Positions 26,151 to 39,228 of a stretch of DNA of 64,000 bases are shown here, piece by piece (positions within the stretch are counted from its first letter, which is position 1; every line of letters begins with the position of its first letter). The position numbers and the translations under genes were made by a program. Origin of the DNA: Felis catus (lineage: Eukaryota); contig NC_058368.1 of the NCBI RefSeq assembly GCF_018350175.1, forward strand, positions 209,872,001-209,936,000, given 5' to 3'. The notes below the pieces were generated by a model. It was not told where the DNA came from. It ran no database searches and was given only the letters and a program-made list of their open reading frames with translations.

Positions 26151-27472
26151 TTGGCAGCTATTGTTTGGCTTGGCAACGACTGTAATTCAAAGCAAAAAAT
26201 GAATTGAGCTTGCCGAGTGTTACATCAACTTCCAAGACAACGACAAAGCACTGAAATACTTCCTTCAGGAATGTATTTAAACCTGGGAACCTACTAAAGA
26301 AAGCCATTATGTCCCTGAGTCAATCAGGACATTTTCTCTTTGAACATCTCTAAAATGAATTGAACGGTCATTGATGACCAACAATTTCTAAAAGGAGCAA
26401 AAGATATTGAGATGGAATATATTGAAAGTCTTGCGACAAACTATTCTGTCGTATTCCTATTTGCAATTTAAGAATCCTATCTTTTTGAATACAGTTATAG
26501 TTACATGCCACAAAATTGTCTTAGTTTTTCTTGTCGTTACCTCTTTATATTTGATAGAGACCTTGGCAAACTCCAAGACAGAGATTAAAATTGTACCCTA
26601 ATGCCCCCTCCCCCTTTTGGGTCGGATTAGTAGAAATTTAATTTTTTATAACATGGCATTAGCTTGCATATTTACCAGCCTAAAGATTTCTGTATTTGTT
26701 CAGTCAAAATTTCCCAGTAAGTAGTTTTTTCAGCTATCTGCCACCCATAAATAATAAACAATAATTTCAGATTCCAATACATCAAACAAAACAATGTTTT
26801 ATTAGTACAGGTTGCTGTTAACAATGCTAAGTTTGTAAGAGGCTGCAACGTTGCAGAGAAGGGATAGTTATTTATGGCAAGAAATGAATGAAAAAGATCT
26901 GTGTTAACATTTGTCTCAATTTACCTTTTCCAGTCACTGGATGGGAGATGCAAACACGTAAAAATCTCTACCTCTAGGCATGATACCCAGTTTCAAGTCA
27001 GCACCCATTAGAATGGTTAGAATATAATTACTATTAGGAACTTGTATCTCATGTACTAATTGCATAAATTAGCTTTAAGTGAAAGCGACATTGTATGATT
27101 ACATTTGGGCCAAATCTAGCATATGTTTGCTTGTTTTTATTGTTATTTAACTGCTCAGGCCTAATGATTAAATTGTCACTCTTTTATGCTTCCATGAGAT
27201 GGGAAAGCATTTGATTTGTTTCTCTTCTCCACACAATCGATTGATTTGCATAATGCCAAATGATGCTTCTTTCAGATTCTGGTGTGTTTACCATATATTG
27301 CTTCAAACATGCCAACAGACTGTCATTTAGTGGGAGAAAAAAGCCTAGACTATTATTTTGAATACCTACAATCAATCAGTCCATCTGATAATACGCTCAG
27401 GGAGCCAGATGCCCCAGAGAAACAAGATCCTTTTTTTTTTTTTTTTTTTTCGGTTGTTATCAAATGACTTAC

Positions 27473-27653
27473 CCACAATGACTGCAGTGACAGTGAGCAG
27501 TACAAAAGCATTCCGAAAAAGGTAACTTTTAACATCCTCCTTTGTGATGCTCTGCACTTTCCTCTTGGCCAAGAGTGTGCGCTTACGAACTCCTCGCTGG
27601 AATCTCTCCATCCTGCCCCCCAACCTGGGCTCTTCTCCGTTGGTTTTAGTCAT
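27473..27653 (-). CDS. SLC1A3: SLC1A3 (EAAT1/GLAST) first coding exon, CDS part (181 nt, aa 1-60 plus first base of Gly61)
   Basis: Translates [60 protein letters not shown], the EAAT1 N-terminus and TM1. In-frame TAA two codons upstream of the ATG; donor GTG G|GTAAGT at 27473/27472. Confidence 0.98.
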
Positions 27654-27745
27654 ATTTTACTTCTGTAGGAATGTCTTTTCTTTGCACTTCAACGTCTCGG
27701 AATCACCCCCGGAAAGCCAGACCTCTTTGGTGTTAGAGAACACAA
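27654..27745 (-). other. SLC1A3: SLC1A3 exon 2, 5'UTR portion (92 nt)
   Basis: Acceptor ctctcctctccttgttctag|TTGTG at 27746/27745. The sequence resembles my recollection of the human SLC1A3 5'UTR. Confidence 0.85.
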
Positions 27746-29373
27746 CTAGAACAAGGAGAGGAGAGACAAGAGTTACAGCCTGCAGGGGTGAGAAATCAGG
27801 GCTGCCCCACAGCAGGGCAAGCTGTTGGCACGCTGCATAATCTCAGTAGGAATCAAGAGCTAGAGAGCCGCAATGCCAGGTTTCAAGGCTGGGTGGGAGG
27901 TGCCTATTTTACAGGACCACGTGTGAGAAATGTGCATCAATTCAGAATCTACCAGCAGAAATGTGTGTTCTATTTTTAAAAATTTGCCCTTCCTATTCCA
28001 ATGAGGCTGTAAAAGGGTTCATCGGAGCCGAGTGTGACTAAGCAGCCCCCACCCCCTCAGTCTCCCCCAGAACCAGCCAAGTGCTTTTTGCACAATGTTC
28101 ACCCTCAATAAATGTCTAATTGAATTGAACGCACAGGAAGCGCTCAATAATTACTTGCTGGCTTATGTTGTGTACCCGGTGAAGGCGTAACCAGGTCAAT
28201 AAAATGAATTAAGATATTGATATTTCATCCTCAGGGCTTTCTGTTTTAAATGATAAAGATTTTCTTCATTAAGGAAAAAAAAACCCACGATAATTACAGC
28301 TATTAAATATGGTCATGAAAAGAATGCAATGAAAAGAACATATGCACAGGACTTGGGAAATATATTTGACTATTTTGCAGGGTAACTTTTTAATTTTTTC
28401 TCTGAAACAAGCAAAGTTCTCCGAGCCTATCTATGCATTATCTGTAATCGTAATTCATTTATTTCCATTTTTATCACAAGTATAAGTACAAAGTATAGCA
28501 TTTGTCTTTGTGGCAATCATATCGGAGTCTCCTGAGGAAACCATCACCGACTTCTGGGTATTTCAAAATTTTAGAATTTCTAGAACAGATGAGGCGAATC
28601 CAATTTTCATTCCAAACATTACAGCGTGTGGTTTCTAGTTTCTTTAAAGCGCTCCTAGGCTATTCAAATATCTAAGTCAATCTCTCCCGGGTGGAAATCG
28701 GTTCTTTTGAAAAAAAAAAAATCAAAGGATTCCTCCGGTTGTATAAGGTTTGTAATCCACAATCTTTCCCGAGATCAATCCAAGTAAAAATCAGTGGTGC
28801 CTGTGGACGTGTGTATATGGCAACGCCAACAGCCAGCGTGTGCGTCCGCGGGGGAGGTAACTGGAAAGCAAAAGACTCCTCCGGAGCTTTTGGCAAATCC
28901 AAGTGTGGAAAAAGAGACTTGTCTTAACAGTTTTGACTTTTAAATAAAATTGCAGCTTGGGGACAGTGATAATAAGACCTACGGCTTGTTGAAGACGTCA
29001 CGGCAGATTAGAAGTTTAGGGAGAAGTGAGGAAGGGGACAGACGAGAGACCAGTTTTTTTTTTTTTTTTTAAACTAGTCTCTGGTTCCCTTTCCAGTCAC
29101 TTTTAAACAGACCAGCTCAGCCTTGATTCTTTTCTAGCTCCCGAACCACAACCTACCCCCAGTCCACCCTGAATGACTCAACTCCGAGTTAAGAGCGGAC
29201 ACGGCATAAGCGGACACCATGCGCTCATTACATTAAATTACTAACGTGGACTTTATCTACCAAAATGGCTAGCTTTTCACTCTCGCTGCTCCTCTGCTCG
29301 CGAAACAAAATCCATCGGCGGAGACGTGCATGGAGAGGGGAAGCCCGGAGGCAAGACAGGACGTCAGACTTAC

Positions 29374-29500
29374 CTTTTCGGATTTTGTAACGGGTGGAAG
29401 GTACCCCAGGCAATGACAAGGTGAATTCCGCAGCAGGTACGGAAGAGTAACGAACGCCACGAGCCCGGCATGCATGCGCTCTGAAACTGCAAGTTACTAT
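29374..29500 (-). other. SLC1A3: SLC1A3 non-coding exon 1
   Basis: Strong donor AAAAG|GTAAGT at 29374/29373. The minus strand starts ATAGTAACTTGCAGTTTCAGAGC, matching my recollection of the human mRNA 5' end. The TSS position is inferred. Confidence 0.8.
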
Positions 29501-29620
29501 CGGGGCAACTTAAGAAAAGGGGAGGAGTCTGCGCCCGGGACAGGGGGAGTGGGGAAAAATGAAAACACCACAGGGAAGGAGGGCGCAAACCCGAGGTTTC
29601 TGGAATACTGATTAATCTTG
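29501..29620 (-). promoter_or_regulatory. SLC1A3 proximal promoter, GC-rich with no clear TATA box
   Basis: Immediately upstream of exon 1. Sp/KLF-like G boxes (ggggaggag, gggggagtgggg, ggagggcgc); CpG is locally enriched over ~28800-29600. Confidence 0.6.
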
Positions 29621-32280
29621 GCTCACCAGAAGCATGCTTGCTGGCTCTGTTTTGCTCCTTAGACCACTTTCACGCTTTGTCAGTTCACTTTCATTAGGAA
29701 TGCAGAACCGGGACCAGGAAGAATTGCAAAATAAAGCTCACACACACTCAGAAAGCTGGAAGTCTTGATTAGAACGTTTCAAAGAAGACTCTTCTAAGAC
29801 GAAATTTAATTATCTCGCATTATTACAGGTTTCCTCCCCCTGAAGGAAACACGAGAGTGCTCTTTTGCCTGGTTGTACACTGTTATGAAAGAGTCCCTCT
29901 TTTCAGAATTGGGGGAAATAACTGACATTTCTTGGGAAGACCCAGAACGCAACAAGTATGGAGGGGAAAAAGTGCTTGCTACTATTCTCTAAAGTTGCCT
30001 AAAGTTACTCAAAACACAAGATGAGACACGCCTCTATGTTAGCAGTTTAAATTCTGTTATAACAAATCTAATTTAGCTCCAACTTTGCATTGCAAAGACT
30101 GAAAAAGCAACGCACAGAGACCAGGATCTTTTCTGAACTATAAAGTAAAAAGCATTTTAGGACCAAGAGTGTAAATGCACACTTGAAGGTTTGTGATTTC
30201 AAAAGATAAGTTCCTGTGCATATTGATGCTTCAATTTTAAAGGAAGCTAAATATCCTCCTTGCCCCCCCACCCCCCCACTGTCCCCACTCCCCCCACTCC
30301 CCCCACCCCCGTCCCCGCAAGTGCCATTATTTTTAGGAATTAGAAAATTCTCATTGCAGTTTTAGTTCACTTTTCTTAGAAAGAAAAATATATTGTGAAA
30401 ATAGATCTAAACAAGGAAAAAGCTCGACTCAGCTCCAAAACTTAGAAGTTGTTTAGCATGAAGAAAAAAAGTTTAATAGAGACAAAAATGCATACCAAAA
30501 ATTGCAGCCAGAGTTCTGTATTCCTGCTCATTAAATCGCATATTCTCCATGCAAGATCTGCCTAGTTCTTGTGTCTGTTATCCAACAGGAAGGTATGTTT
30601 TTCCCTCATTGGCAAATCCAGGAGATTTGCTAAAGATACGTCTCCTGCCAACATCAACTGTTTCTTTTAAGCCCTTTCGAGCAGCTACTGGTTGGAAAGC
30701 AATGGTGAATCATGCAAATGATTTAAAATTACAAATGAGCAGCAATCATAACAACTTTTAAACGTGGCATAATTTTAAGAGTTTATGGAAAATATATACT
30801 CTTGACAGTCCCAGCCCACAGCCATTTTTCTCTTCCTCTGATCTCCTAGGTCACTTAGCATCTGTACCACATTGTTTAACACTTAATTACACTCTGTTTT
30901 CTGCTAATCCTTTCTTTTTAAAATCATGTTAAGCTTTGGCTTCTCAACTGAATTATAAGTTCTTTGAGGGCAAGAACCAGTCCTATGCTTGATACATAGT
31001 AAACACGAAATAGCTCTTATAAATGCAGAACGTAACATAAAAGTATGAAACAAAATGCTTTTCAACCTTCTGTGTTAAAACAAAAGTATTTGTTTTTATG
31101 CTGGCGCTTCCGACCTAGGTGCGTGGAGCAGACATCATTTCTTAACCCCATGACCACATTTGAAAGCATGTATTTACTACCTTAAGTCCTATCTGAGCCA
31201 TGGGTTTAAGACTAATTTGTCCATATTTCTTGCGGAAGTGACTTGTCTTTTAAGGGAACTTAAAAGAGAAATCTTTAAATGATTTTAAATGGTGCTTCAA
31301 GCCAAGTGGCATTTCCATTTTTTAATTCTGTTTTTTCAATAGGCAAGTAAAAGGACTAGAAAAACCACACTTAGGTTAGCATAGATAAGAAGGCCCTACT
31401 GCCCTTCTTTCTTTTTTTTTTTTCTTTTTTTTTCTTTTTTTTTTTCTTTTTTTTTTTTTCCTAAGGCTTGGTTATAAACCATTTCATTATTTTAGTTTGT
31501 GCAGACATGATGGGAGTCTGGTATACCCCTGAGAAGGAAGTAATTCACCACTGAAAGTTTTGTTGGCTGTAATAAAACCTAATGAGAAAATGAGATGCAA
31601 AGAGTCTCAGTTCAGAGTTCATCTGAATTACAAGGTTTTAAGTCTGGGGGAAATATTGAGAATTGCTTCTTTTAAGTCCCACTTTCTCTTTGGGAAATCT
31701 GCAGCACTAATGCCCTTGGGGCAACTTGGGTCTCCTCGGCACATATTTCTACCTTTTCCCATATGTCATAAATAAGACCCTTAAGTGTTAAAACAGCTTT
31801 TTCCTTCATAGAAATATGCAATAAGTGAAAGATCAAGAAGTTATGAATAAACCTCTATAAGCCAGATTTCGTTTAAAGCTACTCTGGGTAGGAGACACAG
31901 AACCAGGGAATCATATTAGTTTTGGTATTCCAGAGTGAAAAACAAACAAACAAACAAACAAACCACATGTAGCAACACCACTCCTTTTGAAAAATCTTCC
32001 AGGAATCCTCTTTGAACGTACGATTAACAAAGTATGTTATACGTATTATTATTATTATTTTTTTTTTTTGAGAAAAATGTCACCGTAACGACCACCAAAT
32101 CTAACTTATTCTTAAATGGACTGTTTCCATTCATTAGTTTGATGTATGAAGGATCATGACTAACAAGTAAGTGCTGTAACATAGTACAGAACGGTTAAAT
32201 TTCAGCACTCAAGGAAAGGACATTCTGGAATTTGGAAAAGGAAATGGATTAGAAAATCTTTTAATGTTTTCCACTTCTAT

Positions 32281-32501
32281 TTATTTATTTTATTTTTTTT
32301 AACGTTTATTTATTATTGAAAGACAGAGAGAGACAGAGCGTGAGCAGGGGAGGGGCAGAGAGAGAGGGAGACACAATCTGAAGCAGACTCCAGTCTCTGA
32401 ACTGTCAACCCCAGCTGACGTGGGGCTCGAACCCACAAACCGCGAGATCACGACCTGAGCCGAAGTCGGCCGCTTAACCAACCCACCCACCCGGGCGCCC
32501 C
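32281..32501 (-). mobile_element. CanSINE
   Basis: TSD tccactt(c/t)tattt. Confidence 0.9.
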
Positions 32502-32805
32502 TCCACTTTTATTTTTAATTTCATGTTTCATAAGAGATTTTATCATCCTTTATTCAAATAGCTTATGTTTTAAGGATCCTCATAAGGAGTGTCAGTTCTC
32601 CTACAATTTGGAAATTCTAGAATGTTAAGACAATGAATGGGACCTGATTTAACCCTGGTAGAAATACCAGAGATATAGTAACAGTAGAGGTAGAACTGGT
32701 ATTTGGTCTTTTGTTTTGTCTTGAATTTTTTTCTTTCTTAGGTTTGGATGTAAAAAGCAAAACACACACACAAAAAAACTGGTGTGAAGTGTGGTTACTT
32801 GAATA

Positions 32806-33041
32806 TTATTTTTAAAGAAATTTTTTAAAGTTTATTTTATTTATTTTTGAGAGAGAGAGACAGAGACAGGAAGAACATGGGAGGGGCAGAGAGAGAATGG
32901 GAGAGAGAGAGAATCCCGAGCAGGCTATGTGCTGTCAGCATGGAGCCTGATGTGGGGCTTGAACCCACGAACTGTGACATCATGACCTGAGCCGAAATCA
33001 AGAGTCAAGATGATTAACTGACTGAGCCACCCAGGCACCCC
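32806..33041 (-). mobile_element. CanSINE
   Basis: Consensus body with (AG)n and T tail on the plus strand. Confidence 0.9.
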
Positions 33042-34327
33042 TAACTGGATGTATTTTAAACCCAGATGAAGCCTGAAAAACCCAACTCTAGGGGTGGCTT
33101 ATAATTAACCTTTATCATATTCATTCATTCATTCATTCATTCAGCAAATCTTGAGCAAATATTGTACTCCAAACACCAGTCCCTTTCCTCAAGGAGTCCA
33201 CCAACACACATGTCTGCAATCCTTATGCAGTGGGCAAGGGGAGAACCCCACAGGCAGCTTTGGGAATTCTGTGCTAGGACCTGTTTCTACCAGGTTCTCC
33301 CAAAGAGACTGAGAGCTTCTTGAAGGAGCTGTGCCTGGCTAGTGGTCTGGACATTGCATGTCCAGAAGGTCCAAGATGTCAAATTAAAGAACTTGAACTC
33401 TATTCCTAGGCAAGAGGGAGGCACAGGATTTAAGCACAAGAGTGATTTTAAATTTTGAGTTGATCCAAATCCTTTAAGTGAAAAAGACTTGAGTTAGGAA
33501 GTGGAGAAAAGGTGGAGCATTTACAAACTGGGATAATTCACACCCACATCAAAAAAAAAATTAGATTCCATTGAAAAATACAGACGATCTCATGATACCA
33601 AGGCCCTTCAAGGGAAGGCTGGCATTGAGCGAGACCTCCTGCATCAGGTGAGGTATGTACTCCCCCTTCACTGGCCTGCCCACTTCACTTGTTTTAGTTA
33701 TCTTTAATATATTCTGATGTTTTGACCTTTGGTGGGGTTTGAGCAAGGGCAGAGGTCTGGAGAACCCCAACATAAAAGGAAGGAAGAACACGAGGAACCC
33801 TCTAAATAGACCCACAAACAGTGAGAAGTTATGCCAACCATTTGATCATAAGTTAGCCAAGAGTTGGATATAATGGTGGTTGAAAGAAATCGAACACATT
33901 TTCTTTGTACTAAAACTCAAGACGATCTGCTTTTAGTGAAGATTTCAAAAGTGTTATTGCTATTAATTGTGACATATTGTGAAATGGCATTTTCCCCAGT
34001 TGCTCACCATGAGCCAAATCTCTGAAGGACCAGAATCTTGGTTTAGTGGAGAAAGATCATGTAGGTTAATTGGAATTAAAGCCTTCAGCCAAGTGCTAGC
34101 AACAATAACAGTCAACATTTTTATGGTGCTTTATGGTTTTATAAGTGCTGTTTCATACATCATCTAATTTAATTTTTGTGACAATGCTTTGAGGTACAGT
34201 CTATTATTACTAGTCTTGTATATCCAGATATTGGTGTGGAGTTTCATACAGATTATGCAGTTTGCTTAGGGTTACAGTCAGCGAGTGACAAGAGTTTGTA
34301 ACAATTTTCTGAGAACTTTAGTTTCTT

Positions 34328-34448
34328 GGGGTGCCTAGCTGGCTCAGTGGGTAGAGCATGCGACTCTTGATCTTGGGGTTGTGAGTTTAAGCTCCATGAT
34401 GGGTAAGGAGCCTATTTTTTTAAAAATAGATAAAGTATTAAAAAAAAA
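34328..34448 (+). mobile_element. Short tRNA-like CanSINE
   Basis: A and B boxes; TSD ctttagtttct. Confidence 0.8.
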
Positions 34449-37060
34449 TCTTTAGTTTCTCATCTTTTTCTAAAAGAAGTTCCTGGTAGCTTTTATTAAA
34501 GACAGAAAAGAAAGTAAAGAACATTAAAAGGAAGGCCTACCCTTTCTTCCTCCTCCAATCTCTGACAGGTTGATTGCCCCTCCTGTCTGTTCCCAGGGCT
34601 CCCTGGGCTTAACTCTCCAGAGTGATCACCACTCTCTTCTGCAACAGACTGTGGGCTCTTTGAGTGCAGAGCCTGTGTTTATAACCACTGCATACTCAGT
34701 AACCAGCACAGAAGGTGCTCAGTGAAGAGTTGCTGCATGAAAAAAGGGACACAGCAAGCCGCAGATAAGAGATTTCATCAATTCACTCCAATCCTAAGAC
34801 TTGGAGAAAGGACATCAGTAAACATTAAACTTTAAAAAGTGGGGGAACAAAGCCAATGAATTCCCTTTTAAATCATTACCAGATTCAAGTAGAACTGCTC
34901 TAATTGAATGGGTAGGAGGTGGGTGTCATGGTCTATCTTTGTGTCCCTCTTTTCTCCTCCTTAGGTAGGCCCCTGAGGCACCTCAGCAAACCATGGATTC
35001 CATCCATCATCCTTGAAAACAAGGATGCATGAGGAAGTCAGGTTGGTTTGCGCCATTGTTCTTTAGGGCCAGGTTCAGGATTAGAACTTGGTCCCCCATT
35101 CGTGTTCCCATTGTGTCTTCAATCACTAAGCCACATGTTACTCCCCTCGCAATTTTGAATGCCATCTGTAAGATGAGGTTGGACTACATTATTTTTCTCA
35201 AGTTGCTTTCCCTACTAAGATTCTGTGATTCTAAATCATGTCATGCCAATAATGGGCTTGCCTTATCCACTTCTGCCTATTTGAAGACACAGATTTTTAT
35301 ATGCACTCAATGATTAATGGCTTCTCATTAGATTTCTCTGCCACAAATTAAACACAAACACACAAACAGTCGCCAAAGGAAGCTTATTGAAGGGCACGGG
35401 TTTTATGAAGCACAGTGATGACATGAATCTTTTATAACTGTTTGCTGGTATAGAATCATAATTACAGCAACCAAGACAGATACACATCTTTTGTAAGGAA
35501 AAAAAAAGTAATTATAATTTAAAAGCACACAGCTCAAAGTTGCCATCACAAAAACGACTATTATAGCAACTATTTCGCATTTGGACATTTTTTTGGCAGG
35601 AGGTCTGGGCATTGTTTATTGTGAGTCAGAAACAGGCACTGAGAAAATATGCAAATTTTTTAAGCAAGAGAAAATGCAGCTTTGAGTTGAGAAAACAGGG
35701 TGAATGGTGGAAACTGTCTGGGCCTTGAACACAAATCAACCTTAGCTGCTGAAATCATTTTTGGTCATTGGATGCTGTTCTGGCAATCTGGGGTAAGGTC
35801 AGAATAAGGTTATTTTATGCTTTAAAACATACATTCAAGATTGGTGCTGTGCGCCTGAGTGAATATCTGTCTTCTGCTAATGCTGTGTTTATGGATTGAT
35901 TCTGAGTAGAAAGACTAGGGAGGAAAGCCACCGGAATGCTCATGGATCGCATTTTTCTCGGCTGGGCAGGGAACTGCTGTCACCTGGTGACTTCTATTCA
36001 CCTGTGGGTCACAGAAGAGGCAAAGGCAAGCCTCCTTCCTTGCCCAGCTGCTTCCCCTCCCAAGATCACAGCTGCTGAAGTAAAATGAACTCAGGGTGAC
36101 CAGTTCATTCCTGTCAACAGGCCTCAGTTGTGAAAAGGTGTTTCTATGAGAACGGCATAAATCCACTAAGTTCTTCCAAAAAAGAAGAAAAAAAAAAAAA
36201 AAACAACCAAAAACTCTTAACATCAACAGGTGAAACTAGGGGAGATAATATGGCATTGGTGAAAAATACACTAAAACTGGGGTTGGGCTGTGAAACCTTG
36301 GGCAAATATTGTAGTCCTCCCCTCCACATGAAAGGCAAGAGGAGAGCTGGGTTTCAAACTTTTTTTTAACCCTTTGTTCAAGTAAAATCTCAACCATGAA
36401 ACCAACAGCAGTGTGGCACATCAAGAATAAGCCTAATGTGGGGTTGCCAGAGCCACTAGATTGGCCCTTCCTCTTGCTTTCCCTCCCCTTTCCTTGTGCT
36501 CGCTGCCAGCATCTGGACCCTGAGTTGGTTCCCAGGGCAAGATATGTAAACAACTAAATCAGGTGTTACTCAAATTCTAAGAATAACACTCTGATAAGCA
36601 GGCCTAAACTCTGAGGAAAAGACAAAAGGCATAAAGTAAGCTCTAAGAACCCAAGTTTTAGTAATGCCTCAGTTAATAAATTTTATAGAGGCTGACTTGA
36701 TCTAGTAAATTCCACCATAGGTAAGATGTGTAGGTGTATGTGTTTCAGGTCTCAGGCTTAGGTCTAGGGGTTTTGGTGGTGATGAGATTGAACTGACTGA
36801 GGGACTGGTCACATTTTTTATGGCCTTGTGACCCAGCTAAGCCCCAGGACAGATGTGAGAAATAAAGGACAGCAAAATGAATGGTTTGCCCAAATCAACC
36901 AGGTGAATGTCAAAGTCAAGACCAGAACCCAGTGTTCACTCTTAGCTCTAAGCATTTCCAGAAAAGCATATTGTCCTGTTATACCAATTACATTCAGTGA
37001 AAGCCTTGTGTGATATGACTCACTAGTAAGACCAATGTTTTAAAATCCAGTGTTATAAAT

Positions 37061-37380
37061 CTGAGTTTTCCAGTATGGTAGCCACCAGAGACATATAGCT
37101 ATTGAGCACTTGAATGAGGCTCATGCAAACTGAGATGTGCTGCAAGGGTAAAGTACACATTGAGCTTTGAAAACTTGATCCAAAAAATGTTAAAAGTTCT
37201 CATTAATAAATATTTATATTGATTTATGCTATAATAATATTTTAGGTATTGGGTTAAATAAAATATATTAAAATATATTAAAATCAATTTATCTGTTTTT
37301 TTTTGCTTCTTTTAATGTGACTAGTAGAACATTTTAAATTACATATGGGACTCACATTGTATTTCTACTGGACAGCACTG
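37061..37380. mobile_element. hAT-Charlie non-autonomous DNA transposon (MER33-like)
   Basis: Degenerate TIRs (ctgagttttccagta / tactggacagcactg), 8-bp TSD ttataaat/ttataaaa, and internal 'gctattgagcacttga' and 'ttttaaattacatatg'. Confidence 0.75.
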
Positions 37381-37510
37381 TTATAAAATGATTTTTCTTT
37401 ATAGAGGAGTCCTTGCTGTTTATGGAGGAGTCCTTGGAATTGGCAGGGCTGGCTGGCAAAATCTCCTCTCTCCTCCCCATTTCCTCCCAATTTATTTAAA
37501 TAGATTAACA

Positions 37511-37713
37511 GGGGCGCCTGGGTGGCTCAGTCAGTCGGGTGCCCTACTTCAGCTCAGGTCATGATCTCACAGTTCGTGAGTTTGAGCCCTGCATCGGGCT
37601 CTGTGCTGACAGCTCAGAGCCTGGAGCCTGCTTCGGATTCTGTGTGTCCCTCTCTCTGCCCCTCTCCTGTCGTGCTCTGTCTCTCTCAAAAATAAATAAA
37701 CATTAAAAAAAAA
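37511..37713 (+). mobile_element. CanSINE
   Basis: Perfect TSD tttaaatagattaaca. Confidence 0.93.
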
Positions 37714-37794
37714 TTTAAATAGATTAACATAAGATGAGAATATTGGTTTCTGCACAAAGGTTTCATGCTAGTGGTAATACGACTACTAATAAAA

Positions 37795-38030
37795 ACAGCT
37801 ACCATTAGTTGAGTCTTTTCTATGTGCTGGGCACTGTGCCACGTGCTTTACATTTGCCTCATTTGCTTGTCACAACCACTCTATTGTTACTGTTATTATT
37901 CCCACTTTAAAAATGAAGGAATCGAGGTTCAGAGAGAATTAGCAACCAGCCAAAGTCACAAGCTGGTTAAGTGGTTGGACTGGGATTCCACCCCAGGCCA
38001 CTTGCATTCAAAGTTTAGGCACTTAAAGGC
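37795..38030 (-). mobile_element. MIR SINE
   Basis: 'tatgtgctgggcactgtgc' and 'cccactttaaaaatgaaggaatcgaggttcagaga'. Confidence 0.65.
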
Positions 38031-39022
38031 CACATAATTCTTGTTGCTGGAACTTACACTCCCAATGAAAATACTGCCCTCAGAATTCTACAAATTCCCA
38101 CCATGTTTAAAGGCGCTGGAGGGAAAGTGGAATATACAGAAAGGGGCAAAATGGCTGCAGTCCTCAAGGAGGTTACAACACAGTGGGGAAAATAAATGCA
38201 CAATGAAATAGATGACAAAATAAAACCTGAAAAGATTAAAAATAAATTTCTGTAGACATGAGAGAGATTAATTCCAGTTGTGGGGAAAAAGAGTTTCATG
38301 GAAGAGACAGTATTTTACAAGGAACTCTAAAGATGAGGAAGTTTTTTTCCACAGTTAAGAATATCTTAGGAGAGTCATTCTAGATGGAGGAATGGAGGTG
38401 TCTAGGTGAAAGACATGGAGTGGTGTGGGGGGCATGAGCAAGGACCTTACATGGGTGTTCCATGCATGGCTAACGGATGGAGAAAAGACCAAAGAGATAT
38501 GGTATACCATGTTTTGGACAAGCAGAAAAGTGGGAAGAAAGTAGAAACAACGTGTATACCTTGTGTTCTTGACGATGCACTCAGAGCATGTCTTAGGTTG
38601 AGAAAGTCTTTAGGTGCAATGTTCAATATCAAAGGTAACTTTGTACTAATGCACTTTGCAGAATCCTAGTCTTTTTTTTTTTCTTTCTAGAATCTGGCAT
38701 AGCAAGCAGTAACACCACCAACAACAAAATCAGTCCCTAAAACCTTCCAAGAACTACGCAATCTTCATGAGCCAAAAAGAATATACCCAACCATAACAAG
38801 ACCCTGTGGGAGTTACTCCCTGGTGGCCAACACTCTTCCATATTCCAGGATCTCCATCACCAGAAACAATGGCTTCTCACCCTCCACCCTCACCCCAATC
38901 CACATTCTTGTTAAAATCTTGGTTTTCTTCTATTCCATTAGAGGAAGGTCTGTCTCAGTGACAATAGATTCACCAAGAAATAGTAGTTGCTAACATTTAC
39001 AAGGCAGACAGAAAAGATTAGA

Positions 39023-39228
39023 GGGGTGCCTGGGTGGTTCAAGCATCTGACTCTTGGTTTTGGCTCAGGTCAAGATCTCATGGTTTGTGAGTTGGAGCCC
39101 TGAGTCAGGCTCTGCACTGACAGCATGGAGCCTGCTTGGGATTCTCTCTCTTTCTGCCCCTCCCCCACTCACGCACATGTGCACATGCGTGCTCTCTCTC
39201 AAAAATAAATAAGCTTCAAAAAAAAAAA
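39023..39228 (+). mobile_element. CanSINE
   Basis: TSD aaaagattaga. Confidence 0.88.
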
